This document shows positions 52,443 through 64,000 of a stretch of DNA of 64,000 nt, piece by piece (the stretch's first letter is position 1; every line of letters begins with the position of its first letter). A program made the position numbers and the translations under genes. The DNA comes from Lama guanicoe (taxonomy: Eukaryota). The stretch is taken from contig MU053873.1 of the NCBI GenBank assembly GCA_013239625.1, positions 3,548,524-3,612,523 of the forward strand. Reading direction: 5' to 3'. The notes beneath the pieces were generated by a model, which saw nothing but the letters and a program-made list of their open reading frames with translations, had not been told where the DNA came from and made no database searches.

Positions 52443-53894
52443 GTAGAATTTTAAGTGTTGATATGGAAAGATGTCCAAGTGTTCTAGGTAAGTTTACCAA
52501 GAGCAAGGGGTGGACAACTCCGCCTTGGTCCTCACGGGCCCCTTGATTAACAGTTTCCTATCCCCGGTCTGGTACCCGAAGCCCTCCGGGGCCCCAGACA
52601 GAGGGGGAGGAGAGTGGGCACAGAGGATCGGGGTGACAGAGGGCTTCGTGGAGGACATGTGACATGGCCCAGGCCTTGAAAAGTTTGTCAGATTGGACAG
52701 GTCGGGGGGAACAGAGAAGGCAATGCAGGTGTGGGGAAAGGTGGAGGCTGCTACGTGGTGGACCAGACGTTCCCCGTCCCATCCACCTGGGGAGCAGCCC
52801 TACAAGGGAGGCAGAGGACCCACTATGAGGATGAGGGGCTGGTGTGCAGAGATGGCACCGGGCATGAATGGGGCGCCTCTTCCCCTGGAGTGGGGGCTGG
52901 GTGGGGGCGGGGCCGAGCCTGGGACCTCTCTGCCACCCATGGGCATGGAGGCTCCCTTGTTGATGGGCACGCAGCCCCAGCGCAGGGGGAAAACCAGTTG
53001 GACTGACATTCCATCGCCCAGGACAGAGTCCAGGGCTCTGTTCCCTCCAATGCCCAGCCCAGCCTGTGGTTTTGTTCAAAGACCCTGCCCAGGGTCCAGG
53101 GCGTGCCTGTTCTAACTCACAGCTACATCCACCCCGCTTCCCAGTCCAGCCCCCGCGAAGCCAGAGACCGTGGAAAATGCCCGGGGGGATGGTGTGTGTC
53201 TCTGCGGCCAACTCTTAGCAGCCCGAGTCGGGCGGCACTGCCTGAGGTAGTGTCCCGTCCGCGCATCACATGACTCACTGGGTCACAGGTTGAGGACGAC
53301 CCTCGGAAGCCTGCGGAGTGAGCCAGGCCCCACGCCAGGCTCCAAGCCAGCTGACCGGCTGGCTGCAAAGAATGGTGCGCTGGCCGAGCCCAGAAGACGT
53401 GCTCAGACAGACACCGCACCTTGGTCAAAGCCCACGAACAAAATTACAGGCCCATTTGGAAGGAGCTGGCGCCCATGTAAGCCTGCCGGCAAGCTTTCCT
53501 GGCCCTTGGCATCCTTGGGGCCAGGACTCACTTCATGGGACTTGGAAGGCAAACCTAGGGATTTTGAAAGACTCCCAAACATGTATTTCTCAACATGGAG
53601 ACAGCATGGAGGCACGAGACCCACGGTGCCTGGCACCTGGGCACTCTGGATCATCCTGGGTGAGCGAGGCCAGGGGCTGAGAAACACACTTTACTGTGTC
53701 ACCCCCCAGAGGGTCTTCCCACCGACCTATGAAGTGGGCTTTCGTGTCACAGCTCCATTGGCCCTGACTTCTAACTCCGGGGCCGATGCATTCCAAACTC
53801 GTGACAGTTCAGATTTTAGGAAGGCAACAAGTGGGCACACTGCATTTGGGAGGAACCCCCCGTGGGGTCAGAGCACACTAGCTTGACACACTTC

Positions 53895-54064
53895 GGGGGG
53901 CAGGGCTGTCCTGCGTGCTGGAGGGACGTTTAGCAGCGTTGCTGTCCTGCACCCACCAATGTCAGCAGGAACCTCCTCCCCACAGCTGTGACAACCCAAA
54001 CTATCTCCAGACACTGCCAAATGTCCCTGGTGGGGCAAAGTCACCCCGGGCTGAGAATTACTGG
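53895..54064. mobile_element. Partial MER20-like element within older DNA-transposon debris (~53775-54400)
   Basis: gggctgtcctgcgtgct..gacgtttagcagc...tctccagacactgccaaatgtccctggtggggcaaagtcacc..gctgagaattactg. Confidence 0.65.
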
Positions 54065-54534
54065 TCTAGGTCATACATTCTCTATAGGCGTGATTCTGTC
54101 CCTTAGGTAGTGAAAACTGGTTCTTGCAGGGGGAGGGACCTTATTTTTGATATAAAGCACAGGTGTGCATACAGTACACGTGCAGAGATACAATATTATG
54201 ATATTATTAAACTTTCATGGAAAGGCAATTAAGGAAAATATGTTTTAAAAGCCCTTTGGGGAATGATAATGAAAAAAATACCCCAAAAGGTGAATACACA
54301 CTGGCATAGGGCAACACCCCACAAGCAAACGTATTAATATTTCTGCAGCAGGACGTGTGAGCAGTCCCACCATGCGTAAATACTATTAATAACCTGACGT
54401 CAGCCCATTGGTACAGACAGTTCTGCTGCAGGCGACAGCTTTGCGGATTTCAGGACGGTGGATAAGGGACTGCAAACCTGGTGCTCCATTTTATACAGGA
54501 GAGAACGGGGACTCGGGGGGAACGAAACAACTTG

Positions 54535-54536
<2 letters not shown>

Positions 54537-54572
<36 letters not shown>
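54537..54572. repeat. (TG)n microsatellite
   Basis: Direct reading of the sequence. Confidence 0.95.
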
Positions 54573-54949
54573 CACGCTCAGGCCGAGGTCTAGCTGACAT
54601 CAGACGGATATGATCACTGGTCTGCACCAGCTCTGTGCATCTTCCAAAAGTGATTCTGATTATGCAAGTGTGTAAAGATGAGTGTCCAGCGATATTTACT
54701 GCAGCATTATTTAAAAGATAATGCCAAGAGATGGAGAACAACCCAGGGGTCCAAAAATCAGGCTGGGCCTGACTAAATAAAGTGAGCGTGACCCGAGAAA
54801 TGGGATAGAGTGTAACTACTGAAAATGAGGCTGCAGGTGCACGTTCACGCCACGAGAAGTTAGTCGTAGAAGAGAAAAGTGAAAGAAAACTGGGCACAAA
54901 AGCATTCCTGTAGTAGAATTCCATTTTATTGATCTATCTGCAAAAATAG

Positions 54950-55180
54950 GTGTGTATATGTATTGCACAGATTTTTTTGCATGTATATATGTATATAGCG
55001 AATATATGCAAATATATGCAAAATAAATTATTTTATATATGCATATATTATTATACACATATATATTTTGCTACACATGTCTCTATATATTTTAGATATA
55101 TGGCACATGAATATATTTATATATGCATGTGTGCATGTACCATATATTCATACATATATATTTTGCATATATATGCAAAA
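54950..55180. repeat. (TA/TATG)-rich low-complexity repeat
   Basis: Direct reading of the sequence. Confidence 0.85.
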
Positions 55181-58100
55181 AACCTTGTGGGATATAGACA
55201 TGGAATAAGGAATATAACTAGGGGTGGTATGTTGAGTACTTTCTTTTCTCCTCTCTCGTCTATGACCTTATTTCTCTATAGTGAGCATGTTTTGTTTGTA
55301 TAGTTTTTTTTTTAAAATAGGAGAAGGACCCAGAACACACCCAGGCAGGCCAGCAGTGGGGGCATCTGGCCCAGGGGTGGAGGGCAGGATGCTGTTCAGC
55401 CCCTTTCCATGTGCTCCCCTTGCGGTGAGAGCTGGGGCTGGGGCTCTCACGGACACAGACTTGCCCCAGCCCAGGTGTTTAACTGCAGCCGGGCAGGGTC
55501 TTGCTCCCCAGCCTTGGCGACACATATGAGGAAGCCGGGGCCAGAGGAGCAGGAGGATTAGGCCCTAGAGAAGAGGGTAGGGGGACAGCCCAGGCCTCCC
55601 TGAGAACGTCCACCACTCAGTCCTGCTGGGCCTGCCCTGGATCCCTACCCGCCTCCTCCACTCAGTGCAGAGAAAGGACCAGCGCTCAGACAGACCTCGG
55701 GTCCCTGGCCGTGCCTCTTAGGAGCTGTGACACCTCATGAGTCACTTTCTTAGGGCCTCAGTTTCCCCCTCTGTCAAATAGGGGTCATCACCAGGGTTGC
55801 ATCACTGGGTCAGGGGCTCTGCTGCTGGAACAGAGTACCTCCCCTCTTGGGTCAGTTGGTGTTGCTCCCATCCAGCCCCTCCTCTACAACGCCACCACCC
55901 AATGAGGGGGCAGGTGGAAGAAAAACCATGCCCATCACATAAGCCACTGGAAAGGGGGCTGGGCTGGCCCAGAGCTTGCCTAGGACAACGACACTTATTC
56001 AGCACCTACTGTATGCCAGCTCTCTGCTAAGAATGCCTAGATGCCTCACACATCTGCCCAGGGGCAACTTAAAATCGAGTCAGGGAAGTGGATATGTAAG
56101 TGGATCATCTCAACAGGGAGCAGGAAGGGCAATGGCCTGGATTGGGTGCAGCCAGAGGAAGGGCACAGGGAAGATCAGGAAGGCTTCCTGGAGGCGGTGA
56201 CTCTTGTGTTGACTCTTTCATGAGGAGTTGGGAGTTAGCCAGGGGAAGGAGAGCGGCAGTTAAGGCAAAGGAACAGGGGTGTGAAGTGACAAGGAGACTT
56301 CAAGGAGCCCAGTATTTATTTCTCAGGTGTGAAGTCAGAAGTGAGCGTGCGAAGCAAGGGTGGGGCCAGGCAGGGCCTTGAGTACTTCACTGAGGAATTT
56401 TTATCCTGAGAGTGCCATGGGAAGTTGCTGGAGGGCTTTAATCTGGGGAGGGACAATTTACAACACCAAGGGGAAGAGGACACCCCGGCTGCTGTGTGCA
56501 GGATGGACTGGAGGGGGCAAGGGAGGAACCTGGGGGACCCATGGGGAAGATGATGGTCACCACCGCCCAGGCATTACACCTTGCTTCCTCCCTGATACCT
56601 CTCTGCACCTCCAGGGGATTCCAGAAGGAGTGGAGAAGTGAGGGGTCGGTGCCTCGCCCCTGAGGGGCTGGGGTGTTGGCTACAGACCATGCAGGTCACG
56701 TGGATTCAGGGAAGAGAGATGTAGGGTAGACAGGTCCCTTGGGGCAGACAGACCGAGGCTCCAGTCCCGGTTCTCAGGCTCTTAGAGGCCGCGTGGCCCC
56801 AGGTAAGTTGCTTCACCTCTCTGAGCTTCCGTGACAGCAAAGATACATTCCAACGTCCAGCAGTGATGCCAGCACTGCATAGGCTAATGTTCCATAGGAA
56901 GTGCTGAGCGCTGCGCCTGGCATGTGGTAGGTGCCCAGGAAATGACCGTAATTGCTATGATGCTTTAAGTCAGAACCACCTCTCTCTGGCTCTGAAACCA
57001 GCAGGAGACACAGAGCCAAAGACGATGACACAAGAAGCTTTCAGGAATTAGGTGTTACCGGAATTCTTGGTTTAGATCAGCGTGGGGCCACCACCCCATC
57101 AACACTCGCTTAGAGGAGCTGGCGGAATTTACAGGAAGTGTAAGAATTCTTGCAGCAACGACTATCCTTGGTTTCCGGGAAATACGGCCTTAGCTATAAA
57201 CATTATTCTCTGGAGGGTACAGCGGAGCAATTACGGGAGTGAGATGCAACTGAGATGCAGGACAGGATAGAGAATCCCGGGCAGGGAGGAAACTTCAGCT
57301 ATGCCCACCCACCATTCCTACCTTCTGGAAGCTCCTGGGCTCACATCCTTCCCAGCAGGATAAAATCCAGGCTCCTTGGCTGGGCACCTGGAGCCCCCAG
57401 GACACCTCCCAGGCCCGTCACTGGCCTCTCATCCTTGCCCGGATCCTGCTTCAGGGAGACTGGACTGCATGTGGTTCTGCCACAAGCAATGCTGTTCTGC
57501 CTGGAACTCCCATCCCTGCGTGGTTTGCTGGAAAACTCCTACTCTACCATCAGAACCCAATTCCCCACAGCACAGGGGAGCAAGCAGTCCTAAATCATAA
57601 ACCTAGAGCATTCAGGGTGCTGGTTGGCAGGGGTCTGTGCCAGCTCTGACTATCCTACCCCGAGACTAGTGCCTCTGAGGGCCGGGGCCATATTGGGTTT
57701 ACCTCCCTCTTTCCAGGGCCAAACTCAGGGGGCCCAGCACAATACAGGTGCTCAGTGAATGTCTGAGGAAGTAGGGAGGGATGGAGGGAGGGAAGAAAGA
57801 GACAAGTGGGAGAAAGGGAAGGCGAGAAAGAGGGAAGGCCCAAGCCCCAGACTGTGGATAATATGAAGAAGGTAGCGAGGTACTAAATTACTAGAAACCA
57901 AGTTCCAATGTCTGCATCTATAAAAATGGGGACAATAGAACCCACCTCTCCTGGCAGTTAAAGATTATACACAGTAGTAAGTGCAGACGCCGGGCACATG
58001 GGAAGCCCTTCCTCTCTCCGCTCATTCACACAAGCACCTACTATGCACAGGCACCGAACAGCAGGTGAGCCCCCGCCCTGGGGAAGCCGACACTCTAGTG

Positions 58101-61100
58101 GGGGAAACAGACAGAACACAGAGCGGAGTGGATTACAGACTAGGCTGCGAAGTGATCCGTGTTGTGGCGGAAAAGAAAGCAGGGCAGGGGCTGAGGAGCA
58201 CGGAGGGGACGTGGTGGGGGAGCTGCAGCATTAAACAGGCCATCAGGGGAGGTGTCTCTTTTGAGACGTTTGAGCAAAGACCTGGAGGAGGTGAGGGCGG
58301 CAGCCAGGCGGACATCCAGGAGCAGGGACGGTCCAGTGCAAAGGGCCGGAGGCAGGCTGTTGTTACAAACGCTGTTGTCACTGCAGACAGTGTTTTCTGG
58401 CACCTGGCGTGCTGATTTAGGAGTCTAGGCTGAAGCGCTCCCCCCTCCCTCCCCCGGTTCCCCAGACCGCATTCTAAGTCTAGCTTTCCCTGTGCCCACT
58501 CTTAACCCTCGAGCTTCCCAAATAAGAACACGAGTTAAGCACGACAAGCTATTAAGTGCTTCCGTCTTCCCGGGGTGGGGTGGGCAGCAGAGTAGATGAC
58601 AGTCCACTGCTGCGTCTGGCAGGGCTGCGGTCTGCCCAGCGCATCCCGCTCCTCGGTTCCCAAACAGACCCCGCTGCATTTTATTCTCTTTTATTTTCAA
58701 ACACTGAGTGGGCACCGACTGTCTACATGGAGACCCATGCTTGGGTGCATTCATAAATGTGATCCAAATGAAATTCCAATGAAAACCAAATTGGGGAGCT
58801 TCCAATATTCTGGGAAGCACGTTATCCATGGTCAGGATCCCATTTTCCAGCTGAGGAACCAAGGTCAAAGGGAAGTGACCTCCCCTGGGGACCCACAGGA
58901 GTGAAACCTGGCCGCCTAGGGTCTCCTCGTCCTCCGACATTCCCTTCCTCGCTTCCACTTACTCTGAACAGCGTTACAGCAGCCAACGGTGCAAGCGTGA
59001 CCCTGGAAACTGCTATTGTTCCCAGATGTTTTCATTATAAGTAACATTTCAGCGATCTGCCGGTGAGCTAGGAGCAAGGCTGAGAAAGGCAGACTGATCC
59101 CTCCTCCCACCCCCCTCCAGAAAGAAGTGCAGGCAAAGGATTTGTTTGAACAACATGTCTTGGAAAGGCTACGTGATGTGGGAGTCCAAGTGTCACAGTG
59201 GATCTGAGGTCAGAGGGATCTGCGCTCCGGTCCTGGCTGTGCCACACACCAGCTGTGTGACCTTGGGCAGCCTGCTTCACCTTTCTGAGCCGATACTTCG
59301 TTATGACTACTAGAACTTTCTATCACTGTTATCTATACTGTATACTGGATTAGGGTCTACCAAACACTGCTGAGATGGTCCTGCTGGGAAAGGATTTTCT
59401 GACCAGTGTGAGGTTGACTTTCGGCATGGATAACCTTCCCAGTGTGTCACTCGGTTGTTTTTTTTTTTTAAATACACAGTTTATCAAGAGAATTGCACAC
59501 ACACCCTCTCACGCACACCACTGGCAAAAGAGGACCCTGCTCTCCTGCCTGGCTTTTCCACTGAGTGCATCCGAGCTGGCGGGAACCTCATTTAGGGTCC
59601 AGGAACTCGAGGCCCGGAGAGGGGAGGTGGCCTGGGCAGGCGGCACGGCTAGTGGAGGCAGTGCTCAAAAGAGATGCTAGAGGCTGTCTGGAGGAAGCAC
59701 AGGTCAGGGGGTCACCAGGACCAGTCCCTCCCAATCCTGCCGGAACAAGTCTGCGGGGTCACAGTCAGGCTGGGCCCCTCTGTGGCCTCGGGGAAATCAC
59801 AGTCACTGTCACTGCCCCAGGGCAGGTCACTGGAGGACTCTCAACTTTAAAATCCAGTTCTGCAACCTGTGCTGCCAGAGAAAGTGAAAAGAGAGGAGGG
59901 TGTGGCCGGGCCCAGGGCCACCTCTAAGTTTCAGCCTCGGTGGCCGCCCTCCACCCCCTCAGGCTTTCAAACACTGCGGTGCCCCCGGCGGTCTGATGGG
60001 TTTTTAACTCAACCCACCCACGCTGGGGAAAAGAGCCAGTGGCATTTTTTCAGTTCTTCCTCCAGCTCCCTATTTATAGTGTGTTGACAGGCGAGGGATG
60101 GTTTCCAGCAATAATTAGGGAACCCACACTGGGACCCTGGCCTCGGGTGGGCCCTGTGGCTGTCAGGTGGCTCTGGGGACCACTGGGATGCATCACTGTC
60201 CCTAAAGGGGAGGGATTCCTAGCCGCACCTGGACCAAGGTGCTCAGGGCCGAGGGAGATGAAAAGCAGGTTAGTTAAGCACTGTGAGAGCACCAGGGCCA
60301 CAGACCTCCGTTCTCCCTTCTCGTGCAGAAACGTCATCACGTACTATTAGCCACACAGGAACCCTGGCAAGGTCCGGGCTAACTAACAGTGAACACGGCT
60401 TGTACAAGGCTTCCAGGGAAAGGAGGAAGTTCACAGTGGGAACCCCGGGTGTAGACAGGCCTGGATTCCAAGCCCCGCTCTGCCCCTGCCTGGCGGTGGG
60501 GCCCTGGATGGGTAAGTCCCTTAGTCTCACTGGGCCTCAGTTTCCTCATCTGTACGATGGGGACAATTATCATACTGCACTCAGCTGCTGTTGACAACCA
60601 AACAAATATTTGTTTTCGGTTTGGCAAGAGAGAGCCTCCTCCCTCACACGGGTGGCTACGTGACTCATAAAAGTGTCCCAGCCCAAAGTCCGCGCTCTGT
60701 TTTGCCAAACCCTAGAGCTGCTCTGAGTTTGTCCAGTGGCCTACGGGGCTGTGTAGGGGGAATGTCATTTGTTGAACTGGGCCCAGTGGAGAGCCGGGGC
60801 CAGGAGTCAGTATAACATTTACCAGGGAGGACACAGCCAGATGTGTGTGCAGACCGTGAGAATGTAACTGGCCCGCCATGAGTGGGGACTGGATTGTCAG
60901 GTGGGAGTCAAAGCGGGGAAGGCCAGCTGGGGCACCCTGGGCTTCACCCGCCTGGCTTAAAGGGAGCCCAGGTGGACTGAGGGTGACAGACTACCCCGCT
61001 GGCCTTGCCCCCAAACACCAGTTCAAAGCCGGACCCACAGACCAAGATGGTAGCTGGGGCCAATTCAGGGGAACACAGCTGTGCATACAGGGGCTGACAT

Positions 61101-62713
61101 GCTCCCCGCGGGGAAGGAACCAGTTTCGAGACTCCGTGCCTTGCTTTTGGCTTAAGAAGGCCCTGGGAAGGGAGTTGGATTCTGCAACTTGTGGACAGGT
61201 TTGCACACACAGCTGACTTTTTCCTTCTCGGGTAACTGGATACTGGCGCCATTGCTGCGCATGAAACGTTCTGACAAATTAGAATATCGACCGAGATGGG
61301 TTTCCCGTCGCTAGGCAACCAGACTGTGGTTATGGTGCACATCCTGCCTCCCCCGGCCCCCTCCGCCCCCCGGGACTTGAGTGTGGAATTACGGGGTACT
61401 GCGAATGTTAAAGGTCTGCCCGCAGAAATGCTTGATGGAGAAATTTGCAGCTCATTAATTCTTAATCTTGAAAAAATAACCACAATTTTTGTGGTGTTTC
61501 CCAGCTTAGGTGGCACAGCCATGTGACTCATCCCCATTGCATTTTCCCCTTCATCTGCCTCTGAGGAGGCAAGGACTATCCATGGCCCCATTTAAAGCCG
61601 GGGTTGGGGGTGCTGAGGCTTGGAGAGAGAAAGAGGCTTGCCCAAGGTTACCCAGCTAGTACACAGTGGAGCCAGGGTTCAAATTTGCATCTACTGAACT
61701 CCAGACCTGGGACGTTGCCAGGCAGACCCATGAACTCGTGGTCTAAATCAGACCTGGAACTCCGCTGCAGGAAGATGGAAAATGAAAATCCACTTTAGAT
61801 AAAACAAATGTCGGCAGACATGCAGATCGGGCCCCTCCTCGCAGAGCAAGGCTGGCGGCTGCAGCCCGCCAGGTCCCCGTCCTCCTGCAGCCGTCCCAGG
61901 TGAGCCACGTCAAGGGCGCCTCGGCTCCCACTTCTTACTATGTAACTGCCTCTCTGAGCACCGCAGGCAATGAGCATTCCTTTTATAAATATCTTTGGAG
62001 CAGCATCCCCAGAATTCCCAGCTGAGAAGAGAAGAATGCAAATGTTCAGGAGACCCCTTAAGACTGTGCCTAGACCCCAGATTAATCCTTCCTCCACTGC
62101 TTCTCAGCTCGGGGCTGGTGGGGGGATGGCGTGTAACTGGCTGGGGCTTCTTTCTGCTTAAGCACTGAAGCTGTCTGTCCCTTTCCCTCAAAGTGAAGAA
62201 CGGGCAGGGGTGGAACTCCCAAGCCCCCAGAGAAAGGCCATCTCCCTGAGCTCCCTGGAACCCTCCTGGGGCAGCCTGTAACCAGAGACCGCTCTGATCC
62301 AGGCATGGAGGCGTCTGGTGCACAGCAGGCACTCGGTAAATGCTGCCCTCATGGAGGAACCCAGAACTTAAAGTCCGCTTGGCAATACTTCTGTGGGCTG
62401 GAGGGACACAGGCCAGGATAAAGGATTCTGCATTCCCTTGAAGGACTATGGTATTTGAAGGTTATTTTCCACTACTGCCAGTTGGCAGTCCACCTCTGGG
62501 GTGAATCAAACAGATGAATAAATAAACGGAAATGTCGGAATCAGAAATTGTGCGGTACCAGAGAATGGGTATGTGTTCGACTCGGGGCTCCTTGATAAAT
62601 CCAAGAAACAAGGACAGAGTTAATCCAAAAGGGTGGCTTAGGCTATAGGGATGGAAAAAATTGAGCCTGTGTAAACCCATTTCTACACATGAACCCATGA
62701 AGAGCATGCTGAA

Positions 62714-63270
62714 TGTTTACAATAGCCAAGACATGGAAACAACCCAAATGTCCATCAGTAGATGACTGGATAAATAAGATGTGGTATGTACAATGCAATA
62801 TTGCTCAGTCATAAAAAAAGAATGAAATAATTCCATTTGCAGCAACATGGATGGACCTAGAGATTATCTTACTAAGTGAAGTCAGACAGAGAAAGACAAA
62901 TATATAATATCGCTTACATGTGGAATCTAAAACAGTGAGACAAATGAACTTACTTACAAAACAGAAACAGACTCACAGACACAGAAAAGAAACTTACAGT
63001 TACCAAACGGGAAAGGTGGGTGGAGGGAGGGAGGGATGAATTACGAGTTTGGGGTTGGTAGATAAAACTATTATATATGAAACAGATAAACAACGAGATC
63101 CTACTGTATAGCATAGGGAACAATATTCAATAACTTGTAATAATCTATAATGAAAAATAATATAAAAAGAATACATATATACATAACTGAATCACTATGC
63201 TGTACACTGGAAACGAACACATTGTAAATCAATAAAAAATAAAAATAAAGTGTAAGTTAAAAAAAGAAAG
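62714..63270 (+). mobile_element. 5'-truncated LINE-1 3' end, same family as 49513-50320
   Basis: tttacaatagccaagacatggaaacaacccaaatgtccatcag...tgaatcactatgctgtacac followed by an A-rich tail. Confidence 0.92.
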
Positions 63271-64000
63271 AAACCTATTTTCCTGTTTTGGGCCACCAAA
63301 GTGTTGGGGGTTATTTATCGCTGCAGCATAACCTAGCCTATCCTGACAGATACAGAGGCAAATCCCTTTTGAGAAGAGGACAGGAAAAATGACCCACTGT
63401 GTACTGAACAGCCACTGCAGGACTGCCATTCATCTGACATATGTAAAAGCAGGAGTTCTTGAGGCAGACAGGCCCGGCCCTGCTGCTTTTTTGGCTGTGT
63501 GGCTTTAGTCATAAGTGGCTTAACCTCTCTGGGTCTCCATCTTCTCCACTGTAAATTGTTTACTGGCAGGAAACCTCCCCAACTCTCCGCAGATCCTGGC
63601 AGGAGGACAAACTCTCCCAGGAAGGGATGAGGAACTTTCATTTTGCTTTGGAAGGAAATCGCTTGTTGAGGACACAATGGCTAATAACAGTAATTGAGCA
63701 GAAAGAGAAGAGACTAAACAGGGAAAGAGACTATGGCCATCTTGATCCCCCAGCACCTGTCCAATTCACTGATTAATCGGTAATAAGCTTTGAAAATTAG
63801 GCAGGTACACAATGGTGCCCTCTCAAGTACCGAAAGAGACTAATCTCAAATGTTCTTCTTTAGCATCTGCTTCTATTAACCTTAATTACTGGCTATTGCC
63901 AAATTCCCCAAGACTGAGGGAAGCCAAGATGAACAGTGACCATTCCAGGATTCCACGACACTTTCCTAAAGCCTCTGACCCTTCCAGACAGACCCCACAG

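Noticed and set aside
52558..61591. ORFs of 170-217 aa inside the KIAA1671 intron
   Set aside because: No homology recognised, no consistent splice or Kozak context, and several overlap repeats; expected in GC-rich DNA.

Overview
This is mammalian genomic DNA, most likely camelid, judging from six copies of a tRNA-derived SINE. It covers the KIAA1671 - CRYBB3 - CRYBB2 block, with all three genes on the minus strand. Splice sites and reading frames support: (1) the last six coding exons of KIAA1671, a separate ~5 kb 3'UTR exon, and >22 kb of an upstream intron (41911-64000); (2) a complete CRYBB3 (5 coding exons, 636 nt = 211 aa + stop); (3) the promoter and first three exons of CRYBB2, which continues past position 1. 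Between the two crystallin genes lies a ~2.35 kb, internally deleted class III (ERVL-type) provirus with two recognisable LTRs, a polypurine tract and gag/pol/env remnants. Its 5' LTR and internal part keep CpGs that have decayed in the 3' LTR, and it points toward the CRYBB2 promoter. This is the most unusual feature I found. Other leads are a capping-protein-interaction-like motif in KIAA1671, a possible poison cassette exon and several motif-dense enhancer candidates in the KIAA1671 intron. The rest is ordinary SINE/LINE/MIR/DNA-transposon and simple-repeat sequence, plus one 78-bp assembly gap. Nearly all ORFs in the supplied track are spurious. Gene and repeat-family names come from recalled sequence similarity, not from database searches.
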